The notes under the pieces were generated by a model. The model did no database searches, was not told where the DNA came from, and worked only from the letters and a program-made list of their open reading frames with translations. Shown one piece after another: positions 1-9,072 of a DNA stretch of 49,384 bases. Origin of the DNA: Candidatus Undinarchaeota archaeon (GTDB lineage: Archaea > Undinarchaeota > Undinarchaeia > Undinarchaeales > UBA543); the NCBI GenBank assembly GCA_964567575.1, contig CAZMMZ010000009.1, positions 1 to 49,384 of the forward strand, in the 5' to 3' direction. Made by a program: the position numbers and the translations under genes. Position 1 is the stretch's first letter. The number at the start of each line of letters is the position of its first letter.

Positions 1-2
1 AA

Positions 3-737
3 TGGTCTGTTGACGAGGCTCTCAGTAATTCATCAACTCCAATAACAAACCGAAGGCCAGTTCTTGTCTGGAACAACTCCACTGATACTAATGGAGATGC
101 ACTAACTTACGAGCTTGTTATTGATAATGATATGGATTTCAGCAGTCCTGAAATAAATGTTAGTGGTCTTGAAAACACAACCCTTGACAACAGTACTAAT
201 TACACATCTTCGCTAGAAGCAGATGTTGATGATGTCCATGCATGGAAAGTTCGGGCATGGGATGGGACAGCTTGGGGTCAATACGGTCCTATCTGGTGGT
301 ACGAAGTTCAATCCTCTGTCTCAATATCAATGGCTGCTGACGGAGATACAGCAGCATTCGGAGACATGTATGCTCCATTGACTAATAGTACATTGCTGTA
401 TCCTGTTGTAGGATTCCCAGTTGTATCAAATGATGGAAATTGTGATGTTAATATAACTGTCACTGGAACTGACGTATGGGATTCTGATGCAAATCCTACT
501 GCTAATTTTGTTTTCCAGACTCGTGAAAATGAAACAGATTCTATTGAAGATGGCGAACTAACAACTTGGACTCAAGTCCCTGCAACATCTGCTGTTGATC
601 ATATAGGTAAACTCCTGCACCGCAATTACACTAATACTGTTGGTAATGTGAGTATTCACATAAATATCACAGTTCCATATACAGAACTTGCTGGTTCAAA
701 ATCATCAACACTAACATTCACTGCGGAGAAATCATGA
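3..737 (+). CDS. 5'-truncated secreted/surface protein: Fn3/Ig-like module plus C-terminal beta-sandwich related to the downstream small subunits
   Basis: The frame is open from base 3 (WSVDEALSNSSTPITNRRPVLVWNNSTDTNGDALTYEL...), so the true start lies upstream of the window. It has a Fn3-like 'WKVRAWDG..W' motif, many N-x-S/T sequons, and the C-terminus AGSKSSTLTFTA matches AGSYNSTLTISA of ORF 1588. Confidence 0.7.
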   Translation, partial: WSVDEALSNSSTPITNRRPVLVWNNSTDTNGDALTYELVIDNDMDFSSPEINVSGLENTTLDNSTNYTSSLEADVDDVHAWKVRAWDGTAWGQYGPIWWYEVQSSVSISMAADGDTAAFGDMYAPLTNSTLLYPVVGFPVVSNDGNCDVNITVTGTDVWDSDANPTANFVFQTRENETDSIEDGELTTWTQVPATSAVDHIGKLLHRNYTNTVGNVSIHINITVPYTELAGSKSSTLTFTAEKS

Positions 738-1546
738 AAAAAATAATTATACTTGTAATACTAGCGCTCTTGATCGCGCTTCCAGCCCAGGCATTCGCAC
801 TTGGGATTTCACCTGGAGAAAGATTTGTTCCAAATGAATCTGCAAAAACGTTCGAATTTAGAGGATTAATATTTAACAATGAAGCCAAGGATATGGTTGT
901 CGAGCTTGAAGTTGGTGGAGATTTGAAAGCTTTTGTTAGCGTTGATCCAAAAGTTTTAGAATTTACAAACGAAGACAAGCAGAAACAATACACTTACCAA
1001 GTTCTTGTTCCATTTACAATTGATCCTGAAAAAACAACTGGTTATATTATAGCAAAAGAGCAATTTTCACAAGAAGGAAAAGGAGTAAGCATAGGATCTA
1101 CTCTTGCAGTTAAGAGCCGAATCACTTTAGGTGATCGTCCTCCATCTCCAATAAGAGAAACTGTTCTTGAAAAAATTGATTCAGATAATATTCTAGAGGC
1201 TGATGGTACAAAAACAACTGGTCTTGTTGTAGGGAAAGAAAGTCAAGCTGGAATTTTCAAAAATAAAATTGTTGGAGCAATTCTTTTAATTGCAGGACTT
1301 CTCATAATGGGTGGTCTTGTTTTAATGGGAGCACATTTCCAGAAAGAATCTAGTAAAGATAATAAGAAAAAACGTGACACAATTAAAAAGCAGAAGCAAG
1401 AGACAGCACAAGAAACTCTCTTAGAGCTTGAAGATTATATTAAAAAATGTAAAGCCAAGGGATTTAGTTCTGAAAAAATAAAATCAGAGCTTATTAAAAA
1501 AGAATGGAGTGAAAAAGTAGTAACAAAATTGCTTAAAAGGAATTGA
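734..1546 (+). CDS. Membrane-anchored surface protein (signal peptide, DUF916-like Ig domain, C-terminal TM, basic cytoplasmic helical tail)
   Basis: Signal peptide MKKIIILVILALLIALPAQAFA followed by LGISP; TM IVGAILLIAGLLIMGGLVLMG; ATGA overlap with the upstream gene. Confidence 0.65.
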   Translation: MKKIIILVILALLIALPAQAFALGISPGERFVPNESAKTFEFRGLIFNNEAKDMVVELEVGGDLKAFVSVDPKVLEFTNEDKQKQYTYQVLVPFTIDPEKTTGYIIAKEQFSQEGKGVSIGSTLAVKSRITLGDRPPSPIRETVLEKIDSDNILEADGTKTTGLVVGKESQAGIFKNKIVGAILLIAGLLIMGGLVLMGAHFQKESSKDNKKKRDTIKKQKQETAQETLLELEDYIKKCKAKGFSSEKIKSELIKKEWSEKVVTKLLKRN

Positions 1547-1587
1547 AAAAAAGTATTTATACTTAAAATTCAATAAAAAGGTGACAA

Positions 1588-2268
1588 ATGACACAAAAAA
1601 TTGAAACAAAAAAAGTTATACTGATCCTTAGTGGTCTTATACTACTTTCTGTTTTAGGCACATCTGCATATTATACTTCATCTAATAAATTCCCATTTGG
1701 TCTATCTCCAACTGGTTATGCAACATCTGGTGCCAGTTATGCAACTGTAGATATTTCTGGTTCTCTTGCAATTACTATTCCTGATAATCATGTTAATCTT
1801 TCTGGTCATGTTGACGCTGCAGCTAATCCTGGTGCTTATGTAAATACCAATGCTTCATCTGCGATTATTAACAGTTTTGATAATAGTACTAATGAGAATT
1901 GGTTGAATGTTTCTGATGGTGCTGCTCGTAAAATAAAACCAGATAATATCACTGTTAATAATACTGGTTCTGTTGTTGCGAATATCACATTGTCTTCAGC
2001 TGCTACACCTGCTGCTTTCTTTGGAGCTGCTGGTGATTTCTGGGTTAAGATAACTAATGCTTCTGAAGGTGATGGTACTGGATGTCAACACATTCAAGCA
2101 GTAAGTTTGATACAATACTCTGATAATACATCTGATCTATGCGGACGTTTAGCTGCAAGTGATGGTACTGATGAAATCGATCTTTGGATTCAGTGGCAAG
2201 TTCCTTCAGCTGCATCGGCAGGTTCATATAATAGCACATTAACAATAAGTGCAGCACAAGCTGGATAG
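1588..2268 (+). CDS. Secreted beta-rich surface/fibre subunit candidate, paralog 1
   Basis: N-terminal hydrophobic helix, SPTGYA motif, Cys pair (GCQ...LC), C-terminal GSYNSTLTISAA; AGGTG SD upstream. Confidence 0.65.
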   Translation: MTQKIETKKVILILSGLILLSVLGTSAYYTSSNKFPFGLSPTGYATSGASYATVDISGSLAITIPDNHVNLSGHVDAAANPGAYVNTNASSAIINSFDNSTNENWLNVSDGAARKIKPDNITVNNTGSVVANITLSSAATPAAFFGAAGDFWVKITNASEGDGTGCQHIQAVSLIQYSDNTSDLCGRLAASDGTDEIDLWIQWQVPSAASAGSYNSTLTISAAQAG

Positions 2269-2278
2269 TAATGTAATA

Positions 2279-2938
2279 ATGGCAAATCGTTCAAAAACTT
2301 CACTAATCATAATATCGCTTTTGATTATAGCGGTATTAGGTATCAGTATTGGATTTAGAATTTCTCCTACTGGTTTTGTAGTTGGTTATGCAACTGTTGA
2401 TGTTGCAGGAACTGTGGGAATTACTATTCCTGATAATGCTGTTAATTTATCTCTTGGTAATGATTCTGCTGAGATTCCTGGTGCTTATGTGAATACTAAT
2501 ACTTCTTCTGCGATTATTAATAGTGCTGGCACTGGGGATGGTAATGGTTCGTATTCTACTCAGAATTGGTTGAATGTTTCTGATAGTGCTGCTCGTGCTA
2601 TTGAGCCAGATAATATTACTGTTAATAACAGTGGAACTGTTATTGCTACTATTACTATGTCTTCTGGCGGTACTCCAGCTACGCTTTTTGGAACTTCTGG
2701 TGGTGATTTCTGGGTTAAGGTTACTAATTCTTCTGAAGGAGATGGTGTTGGATGTCAGGGAACTCAAACAGTTACATTTACACAGTACGGTACTAATTCA
2801 ACTACCTTGTGCACACAATTAGGTACTCTTGATGGCGAGGATGGATTAGATATTTGGATTCAGTGGCAAATTCCATCTGCAGCAATAGAAAGTATCTATA
2901 ATAGTACATTAACAATATCTGCCGCAGAAGCAAGTTAG
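2279..2938 (+). CDS. Secreted beta-rich surface/fibre subunit candidate, paralog 2
   Basis: Start re-assigned to ATG 2279 (MANRSK). Co-linear with 1588-2268: YATVD, ITIPDNxVNLS, PGAYVNTN, NWLNVSD, DFWVK, WIQWQ, YNSTLTISA. Confidence 0.65.
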   Translation: MANRSKTSLIIISLLIIAVLGISIGFRISPTGFVVGYATVDVAGTVGITIPDNAVNLSLGNDSAEIPGAYVNTNTSSAIINSAGTGDGNGSYSTQNWLNVSDSAARAIEPDNITVNNSGTVIATITMSSGGTPATLFGTSGGDFWVKVTNSSEGDGVGCQGTQTVTFTQYGTNSTTLCTQLGTLDGEDGLDIWIQWQIPSAAIESIYNSTLTISAAEAS

Positions 2939-2978
2939 AACTGTAATCTTTATAAAGCACAAAGCAATATCTAGCAAT

Positions 2979-4121
2979 ATGCGTAAATTTGTTCTTTTAA
3001 TTTCAGCAGCGCTTTTTTTTGTAGCTTTAGTAAGCTCTGTTTCAGCAATTTCTATTGTACCAGCAAGAACAAATGTCGAATTTGTACCAGGTAAAACAAT
3101 TCAACTCTCTTTTGGTGTTGGTGCTTTTGGTTCAGGAATGGGCTATGAAGTTCAATTTGATGGGGAATATACTGAAAATGCTAAAATTATTCGAGAAGAT
3201 GTTGCAAGTATGGTTGTGGAATTTACAATGCCTGAAAATCCAAACCCTGGACTACATGAATTAAAAGTTGGGATTATCCAAGCTCCAAAAGAAGGTTTTG
3301 GTGAAGGTGCTGTTGCTGCCAAAGCTGCAGTTTTTTCACAAGTTCGATTCTTTGTTCCATATCCTGCAAGGTATGCAGTAATAAGTATTGATTCTGCTGA
3401 TGTGTCTTTAGGTGAAATGGCTTACTTTACTGTTTATTTACAGAATTATGGAAAAGAAACTCTTGAAAATATTAAAGGAAATGTTAGCATAATTAATCCA
3501 GACAACGAATCAATCTCTACAGTTTCTTTGTCAGAACGAAGCAACCTATATTCTTTACAAACAACTGAATTGTTTGGTCAATGGAATACTGAAAATCAAT
3601 CTGCTGGTATCTATTCTATTTTTGCTAATGTTGATTATGATGATCTTGAAGCAACAGCAGACGGAATACTTCGTGTTGGTACATCAACTGTTATGATTAA
3701 TAGTATTCGTGCTGTTGGTAATGTCAGAAGTGGAGTTGTTAAAATTAATGTAGATATCTCCAGTTTATGGAATGAACCATTAGCTAATGTTTATGCAAAA
3801 GGACAAATCACAAAAAATTCAACTACTCTTGCTAATATGAAATCAGCATCACTTGATTTAAATCCATGGGGAAGCGGAACACTTGTGTTATACTGGGATG
3901 TTCTTGGACTTGATGTTGGAGTTTATGATATCAAAGTAGATCTTTTCTACGGTAATAAAACAAAAACAGCAACAACTCAAATTTATCTTATGGAAGAGGA
4001 AACTGTAGAAAAAAAAGCAGAAGTTAATACAATGCTTTACGGATCAATTTTATTACTAGTGCTTGCTGTTGTTTTCTTTGCAATTGTTATATTAAAATTG
4101 AGGCATCATCGTGAAGACTAA
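2979..4121 (+). CDS. Membrane-anchored multi-Ig surface protein (DUF916/DUF3324-like architecture)
   Basis: Signal peptide then AISIVPA (compare ALGISPG in ORF 734), three beta-rich modules, C-terminal TM LYGSILLLVLAVVFFAIVIL plus a basic tail. Confidence 0.6.
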   Translation: MRKFVLLISAALFFVALVSSVSAISIVPARTNVEFVPGKTIQLSFGVGAFGSGMGYEVQFDGEYTENAKIIREDVASMVVEFTMPENPNPGLHELKVGIIQAPKEGFGEGAVAAKAAVFSQVRFFVPYPARYAVISIDSADVSLGEMAYFTVYLQNYGKETLENIKGNVSIINPDNESISTVSLSERSNLYSLQTTELFGQWNTENQSAGIYSIFANVDYDDLEATADGILRVGTSTVMINSIRAVGNVRSGVVKINVDISSLWNEPLANVYAKGQITKNSTTLANMKSASLDLNPWGSGTLVLYWDVLGLDVGVYDIKVDLFYGNKTKTATTQIYLMEEETVEKKAEVNTMLYGSILLLVLAVVFFAIVILKLRHHRED

Positions 4122-4512
4122 AATTATCATTGCAACACTGATTATTATAATAGCGAGTTTAGTTGCGCTTCTTTTCTTACCATATCAAATTGTTGAGTAT
4201 CCAACACATCTTACAGTAACAGCAGAAAATGTTGGTGTAAATGTTGATACTGATGCATTGTGGTTTGGTCATGTTCCTGTTGGTGGAAGTAGTGCTCGTC
4301 CAATAGTTGTAGCTTCTTCACAAAAATCATTTGTGAAAATCAAAGCAGAAGGAGAGCTTGCAAAATGGCTAATTGTTTCTGAAAACAATTTTAAATTGAT
4401 GCCTGATAATAAAAAAGAAGTAATGATAAAATTAGACGTTCCTTCTAATGCAGAGATTACTTCCTATGAAGGAACTCTTTCTGTTTACTTCTATAGACCG
4501 CTCTTTCGTTAA
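4111..4512 (+). CDS. Small membrane-anchored Ig-like protein
   Basis: N-terminal TM; 'VGVNVDTDALWFG' and C-terminal 'YEGTLSVYF' echo the subunit pattern; overlaps the upstream stop. Confidence 0.6.
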   Translation: MKTKIIIATLIIIIASLVALLFLPYQIVEYPTHLTVTAENVGVNVDTDALWFGHVPVGGSSARPIVVASSQKSFVKIKAEGELAKWLIVSENNFKLMPDNKKEVMIKLDVPSNAEITSYEGTLSVYFYRPLFR

Positions 4513-4561
4513 AGAATAGTATTTATAATTGCAAAAACACAGAATATTAGGAAAAATATAG

Positions 4562-6124
4562 ATGAAACTTCCAGAAAAAATTGATCTGAGAACCGCAATA
4601 ATCTTATTCATACTTGCGATTGTTTTAACTATTAGTGGCGCGTCTATTCTTTTTGAAAAAGTTTCTATAGAAAAAACAACAGGTCTTGCATCTGCATCTA
4701 TTGGATTAAGTCTTCAAAAGCCTTCTGCTGAACCCGAAGAACCTGAAGAAGAAGATGACTCTGGTGGTGGAGGCGGTGCTGGTGGTGGAGGTGGACCATC
4801 TGATGCTAAAATAATTAGTTATGAAAAGTATCTTCCTGCATTTTCTGAAGGGAGTTACAAGTCAATTATTGTTCCTGATGAAGTATACACTCACATTCGA
4901 ATGGTTTCTATTGATAATACTGAAATGCAAAAGAATCTTACATTCCGAACACGAAACTATCTGACAAAGCCATTCCGGCTCGATGCAGCTCCTGGTTTTG
5001 TTTATGGTTATTGTAATCTTGAAATCGAAAATCTTAATGAATCTCTTGTTGGCGATATCTGGGTTCACTTTAGAGTAAGTCGTAGTTGGTTTAGCAAAAA
5101 CAGAATTGGTGAAAACACAATAACTCTACATAGATATTCAGATGCTTGGCAAACATTTGAAACTGAACAAGTACGTTCCACACCTGAGTATTTTTATTAT
5201 AAAGCATTAACTCCTGGATTTTCAACATTTGCTATTTCTGGAACTGAATCAAAAACCGGTATGCATCTTGTCTATGATTCAAATATAACTATTTACGTTG
5301 GAGGAAAAGCAACTCATACAGTTGTTGTTGAAAACATCGGAGAGATGTTCTTAAGCGACGTTACAGTTAGTGCAGAACATCAATCATTTAATTTTAATGT
5401 CTCTCCAAGTTCAATTCCTGAACTTATTGTTGGTTCTAAAGGAACATATGTTATGACAATAGAAGTTCCAGATAAAATTGTGCCTGGAACATATGATGTT
5501 CTTCTAAGAGCAAACTCTAAGGAATCATTCAAAGAAGCAACATTCCAATTAATTGTTCCTGCTGTTCCAAAACCTGCTGTTGCAGCTCTTCTTTCAAATC
5601 AAATTGACAACTTAAAGAGCACTGCAACCAAAATCTGGGTTGAAGCGCAGTGGATTGGTTTACGTGGTGGAAATGTAAGTCTTGTATTTAATTTAATTGA
5701 TATTGCCAAGAACAGTTTGGATCAAGCAACACAAACTTTTGGTATGATCGATTTCGCTGATACAACAAAATTTGTTGAAGAAGCTCGAACTAATTTAGAA
5801 AAAGCTGTTATCAAACTTGCAGAGCAACAACCATATCTCAAATTCTTCTCACTATCTCCTATGACAGTTATTGTTATACTTGTATTCTTGCTTGTTGCCG
5901 GATTTGGTGGTTACAAACTTGTTGGACGGTATGAACATGCTGCTAAGGCATATTCAGGTAAACAAATAAAGCTTGTAAAGAAAGAAGTTATTATTAAAGA
6001 AACAAAGAAGACAAAACTCGTAAAACAGTTATCCCTTGCCGAGTCAGCATATCAACAAGGTCACATTTCAAAGAAGATTTATAATGCAGAGAAAGCACGC
6101 ATTAAGAAGGAAATGAAAAAATGA
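4562..6124 (+). CDS. PGF-pre-PGF domain surface protein with NEW3/NPCBM-associated Ig domain and C-terminal TM
   Basis: Gly-rich linker, WF..NRI...L.RY...W and PGFSTFAI signature of PGF-pre-PGF, V.N.G...L.DV Ig module, TM helix near the C-terminus. Confidence 0.7.
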   Translation: MKLPEKIDLRTAIILFILAIVLTISGASILFEKVSIEKTTGLASASIGLSLQKPSAEPEEPEEEDDSGGGGGAGGGGGPSDAKIISYEKYLPAFSEGSYKSIIVPDEVYTHIRMVSIDNTEMQKNLTFRTRNYLTKPFRLDAAPGFVYGYCNLEIENLNESLVGDIWVHFRVSRSWFSKNRIGENTITLHRYSDAWQTFETEQVRSTPEYFYYKALTPGFSTFAISGTESKTGMHLVYDSNITIYVGGKATHTVVVENIGEMFLSDVTVSAEHQSFNFNVSPSSIPELIVGSKGTYVMTIEVPDKIVPGTYDVLLRANSKESFKEATFQLIVPAVPKPAVAALLSNQIDNLKSTATKIWVEAQWIGLRGGNVSLVFNLIDIAKNSLDQATQTFGMIDFADTTKFVEEARTNLEKAVIKLAEQQPYLKFFSLSPMTVIVILVFLLVAGFGGYKLVGRYEHAAKAYSGKQIKLVKKEVIIKETKKTKLVKQLSLAESAYQQGHISKKIYNAEKARIKKEMKK

Positions 6125-6182
6125 TATTCCCAGTTAAACTTATAAAGAGTTAAAGCTTACTATCGAAATAAGGTGATTTATA

Positions 6183-6518
6183 ATGCCAGAAGAAACAAAT
6201 TCAAATACAAACACTGCTTCAAACCCTGATAAAGCAGATGAGCGCAACTTGGTTATGGTTGGGCTAGAACAGCAAAGACAGAAACTCAAGAACAAACTTT
6301 CCTACACAGAAGGAAAAGAAACCCATCTTGAGAAAGATATGTCAGAAGCACATAAGATTCTTGGTGATCTCGGACAGAAAATGAAAGATATTCAGGATCG
6401 TATATACAATGATGAAATTAAGATCGATGAAGTCAGAGATGCAGAGAAAGAACTCAAATCACAACTAGTATCTGTTGGGAAGCTTATGGTCGAATCTAAA
6501 AGCGTTCTAGAAAAGTAA
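6183..6518 (+). CDS. Hypothetical coiled-coil protein
   Basis: AGGTGA SD and a TTATAAA box upstream; heptad-like charged sequence. Confidence 0.6.
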   Translation: MPEETNSNTNTASNPDKADERNLVMVGLEQQRQKLKNKLSYTEGKETHLEKDMSEAHKILGDLGQKMKDIQDRIYNDEIKIDEVRDAEKELKSQLVSVGKLMVESKSVLEK

Positions 6519-6567
6519 TCGTCACTATTTCTAAGGATTTAAATAGTTTCTACTGTGAAGGATAGTT

Positions 6568-8076
6568 GTGACTAAACAACTTTGCAAAGAAATATTGAAA
6601 CAATTAATGGCGGAGAAGCCAGATAAAAAGAAGTTTCGTTTAATTAAACGTGAAATTACAAAAAAATATCATGTTTCAATCCCTCGTAATTATGATTTGT
6701 TTAAAAACGCTACGAAGCGACAGCAAAAAGAATTAAAATATCTGCTTTTGAAGAAACCAACGCGTTCTATTTCAGGAGTTTCTGTTGTTGCTGTTATGTG
6801 CAAGCCACACAAATGTCCTCACGGAACTTGCATGTATTGTCCTAAAGGAAAGAACGCTCCTCAAAGTTATACTGGTGATGAACCTGCAGCTCGTCGAGGT
6901 CGGAGTAATAAATTTGATGCTCGTGCTCAAGTATTAAATCGCTTGGATCAAATTGAAAACTCTGGACATCCAACTGACAAACTTGAACTAATTGTAATGG
7001 GTGGAACTTTCCCAAGCTTACCTTGGTCATATCAGAAAAATTTTATTCGAGATTGTTTGAATGCAATTACTGGAAAAAACCATGAAACTCTAAAAGCTGC
7101 GCAAAAAGCAGCAGAAACTTCAAAGCAAAGACCAATTGGAATTACAATTGAAACACGTCCGGATTATTGCAAAGAAATTCACATAAAAAAAATGTTGGAA
7201 CTCGGTGCAACAAGAGTTGAGCTCGGGGTTCAAACAGTGTATGATTCTGTATTCAAAAAGATACACCGCGGGCACACGGTTAAGGATGTTATTGAAGCTA
7301 CAAAACTTTTGAAAAATTCTGGATTAAAAGTTTGCTATCACATGATGCCTGGATTACCTGGCTCAAATTTTGAAAAAGATCTTTCTGTTTTCAAAAAAAT
7401 ATTTACAGATTCTAAATTCATGCCAGATATGATAAAGATTTATCCAACTCTTGTAATAGCTGGAACAGAATTATACGAGGAATGGAAAAAAGGAAAGTAC
7501 AAACCACTTGAATCAAAAGAAGCTGCAAAATTAATTTCAAAAATAAAAAAGTTTATTCCTAAATGGGTTCGCATAATGCGCGTGCAGCGTGATATTCCTT
7601 CAAATCTTATTGAAGCTGGTGTTAAAAAAAGTAATCTTCGCCAGCTTGTTAAAGCAAAGTGTAAATGTATTCGGTGTAGGGAATTTGGACATAAACTTCG
7701 CAGTGAACAAGATTTAGGAGAATTAAATATTCAAATTAAAACTAAAAAATATCTTGCATCTGGTGGCACTGAATATTTTATTTCTGCAGAAGATTTTGAG
7801 AAAGGTGTTTTAATTGGTTATTTGCGATTACGACAAACTTCAGACAAATGGATTATTCGCGAGCTTCATGTTTACGGTACTGAAGTTGCAATTGGTAAAC
7901 TTGCTGAGTCAAAGTTTTCAATGCAACATAAAGGATGGGGTAAACAACTTCTTTCAAAAGCTGAAACTCTTGCTCAAAATAAAATATATGTTATGAGTGG
8001 TATTGGTGCGCGTGAATATTATCGCAAATTTGGGTACGAATTCGAGGATCCGTACATGATGAAAACCTATAAATAA
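6568..8076 (+). CDS. elp3: tRNA uridine(34) acetyltransferase Elp3 (radical SAM + GNAT)
   Basis: CPHGTCMYCP cluster motif, QSYTGDEPA, GGTF, ETRPD, RVELGVQ, RELHVYG, QHKGWG. Confidence 0.97.
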   Translation: MTKQLCKEILKQLMAEKPDKKKFRLIKREITKKYHVSIPRNYDLFKNATKRQQKELKYLLLKKPTRSISGVSVVAVMCKPHKCPHGTCMYCPKGKNAPQSYTGDEPAARRGRSNKFDARAQVLNRLDQIENSGHPTDKLELIVMGGTFPSLPWSYQKNFIRDCLNAITGKNHETLKAAQKAAETSKQRPIGITIETRPDYCKEIHIKKMLELGATRVELGVQTVYDSVFKKIHRGHTVKDVIEATKLLKNSGLKVCYHMMPGLPGSNFEKDLSVFKKIFTDSKFMPDMIKIYPTLVIAGTELYEEWKKGKYKPLESKEAAKLISKIKKFIPKWVRIMRVQRDIPSNLIEAGVKKSNLRQLVKAKCKCIRCREFGHKLRSEQDLGELNIQIKTKKYLASGGTEYFISAEDFEKGVLIGYLRLRQTSDKWIIRELHVYGTEVAIGKLAESKFSMQHKGWGKQLLSKAETLAQNKIYVMSGIGAREYYRKFGYEFEDPYMMKTYK

Positions 8077-8101
8077 TTCCTAATTCTCATACGATACCTC
8101 A

Positions 8102-8485
8102 ATGAACACTCCAAAAAATGTTAAACACGTATTAAAGAAACTCAATAAGAGTTATTCTGAGATTGGGCAGGAATGTATTTCTGAAGTTGAAAAATCTCTT
8201 AGAGGGAATGGATATACAGACGCAAAACTTTGGGCAAAAACAGCTTTGCAGGCTTTAATTGGCGAACTTGGTGGTGTTGAAGATGAATTCGGCCTTGAGC
8301 AAATTGCAATGCAGCTTGACGGTTTTGAACGCGATGCAGTTGAAGCATTTTATGAAATTTTTACAGATCTTCAAGATGAGCTTCACGATGTGCATCCAGT
8401 TGATATTCGTGATACTCTTGTTTATTCAATTATGAATGCACTTGATAAAGAAGATCAAAAAAAGTACAAAGGACTTTACAACTAA
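8102..8485 (+). CDS. Hypothetical acidic helical protein
   Basis: 127-aa ORF filling the gap in the same direction as its neighbours. Confidence 0.6.
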   Translation: MNTPKNVKHVLKKLNKSYSEIGQECISEVEKSLRGNGYTDAKLWAKTALQALIGELGGVEDEFGLEQIAMQLDGFERDAVEAFYEIFTDLQDELHDVHPVDIRDTLVYSIMNALDKEDQKKYKGLYN

Positions 8486-8516
8486 TTTTATAAACATATA
8501 ATCCTTAACTGTTTTT

Positions 8517-9026
8517 ATGAGAAGTCAAACACATGCAGCAGCAGGAATATTATTTGCTTTAGCTTTGGCAAAAGCTGGTGTGTTTTCAGTTTTAGGTCAT
8601 GGTTATTTGGTCTTTGCTTTCTTTGGAGCGCTTTTACCTGATATTGATAATCATAATTCAAAAATTGGGAGGAAAGTTCCAGGACTTTCAAGAGTTGCAG
8701 AATTTTTAATGGGGCATCGCGGAATTTATCATAGTTTATTTGGTGGTGCAATTACTCTTGTGTTCTTTTTCTTTATCTTTCAATTATTTTCTTTAGCAGG
8801 ATGGAAATGTTATCTAACAGCAATTGGTGTTGGATTTTTTTCACATCTTATTATGGATTCTATTACAATTAAAGGAATTACTTGGCTTCGACCATTTCAT
8901 ACAATTCGAATAAAAGGTCCATTTAAAACAGGAGGATTGCTTGATACTAGCTTTTCAATAGCTTTTCTTGTTCTAACGGGGTTTGTGCTTAAAGGGATGG
9001 GCTGGAGCTTCCTGAAAATCATTTGA
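8517..9026 (+). CDS. Membrane metal-dependent hydrolase (YdjM/DUF457 family)
   Basis: TH, LLPDID, HRGIYHS and SHLIMD motifs with hydrophobic helices. Confidence 0.9.
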   Translation: MRSQTHAAAGILFALALAKAGVFSVLGHGYLVFAFFGALLPDIDNHNSKIGRKVPGLSRVAEFLMGHRGIYHSLFGGAITLVFFFFIFQLFSLAGWKCYLTAIGVGFFSHLIMDSITIKGITWLRPFHTIRIKGPFKTGGLLDTSFSIAFLVLTGFVLKGMGWSFLKII

Positions 9027-9072
9027 CCTAATCCCAACTCTTTTATATGAGATTACGCACGGATTTTCTGCT

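Noticed and set aside
718-993. Short overlapping alternative-frame ORFs throughout the ORF track (e.g. 718-993, 2447-2767, 11812-12123, 19138-19383)
   Set aside because: They are fully nested in well-supported genes, with no motifs, SD or promoter support.
1588-2938. Type IV pilins/archaellins
   Set aside because: No class III signal (K/R-G/A followed by a hydrophobic stretch at the mature N-terminus) and no ATPase/TadC genes nearby.
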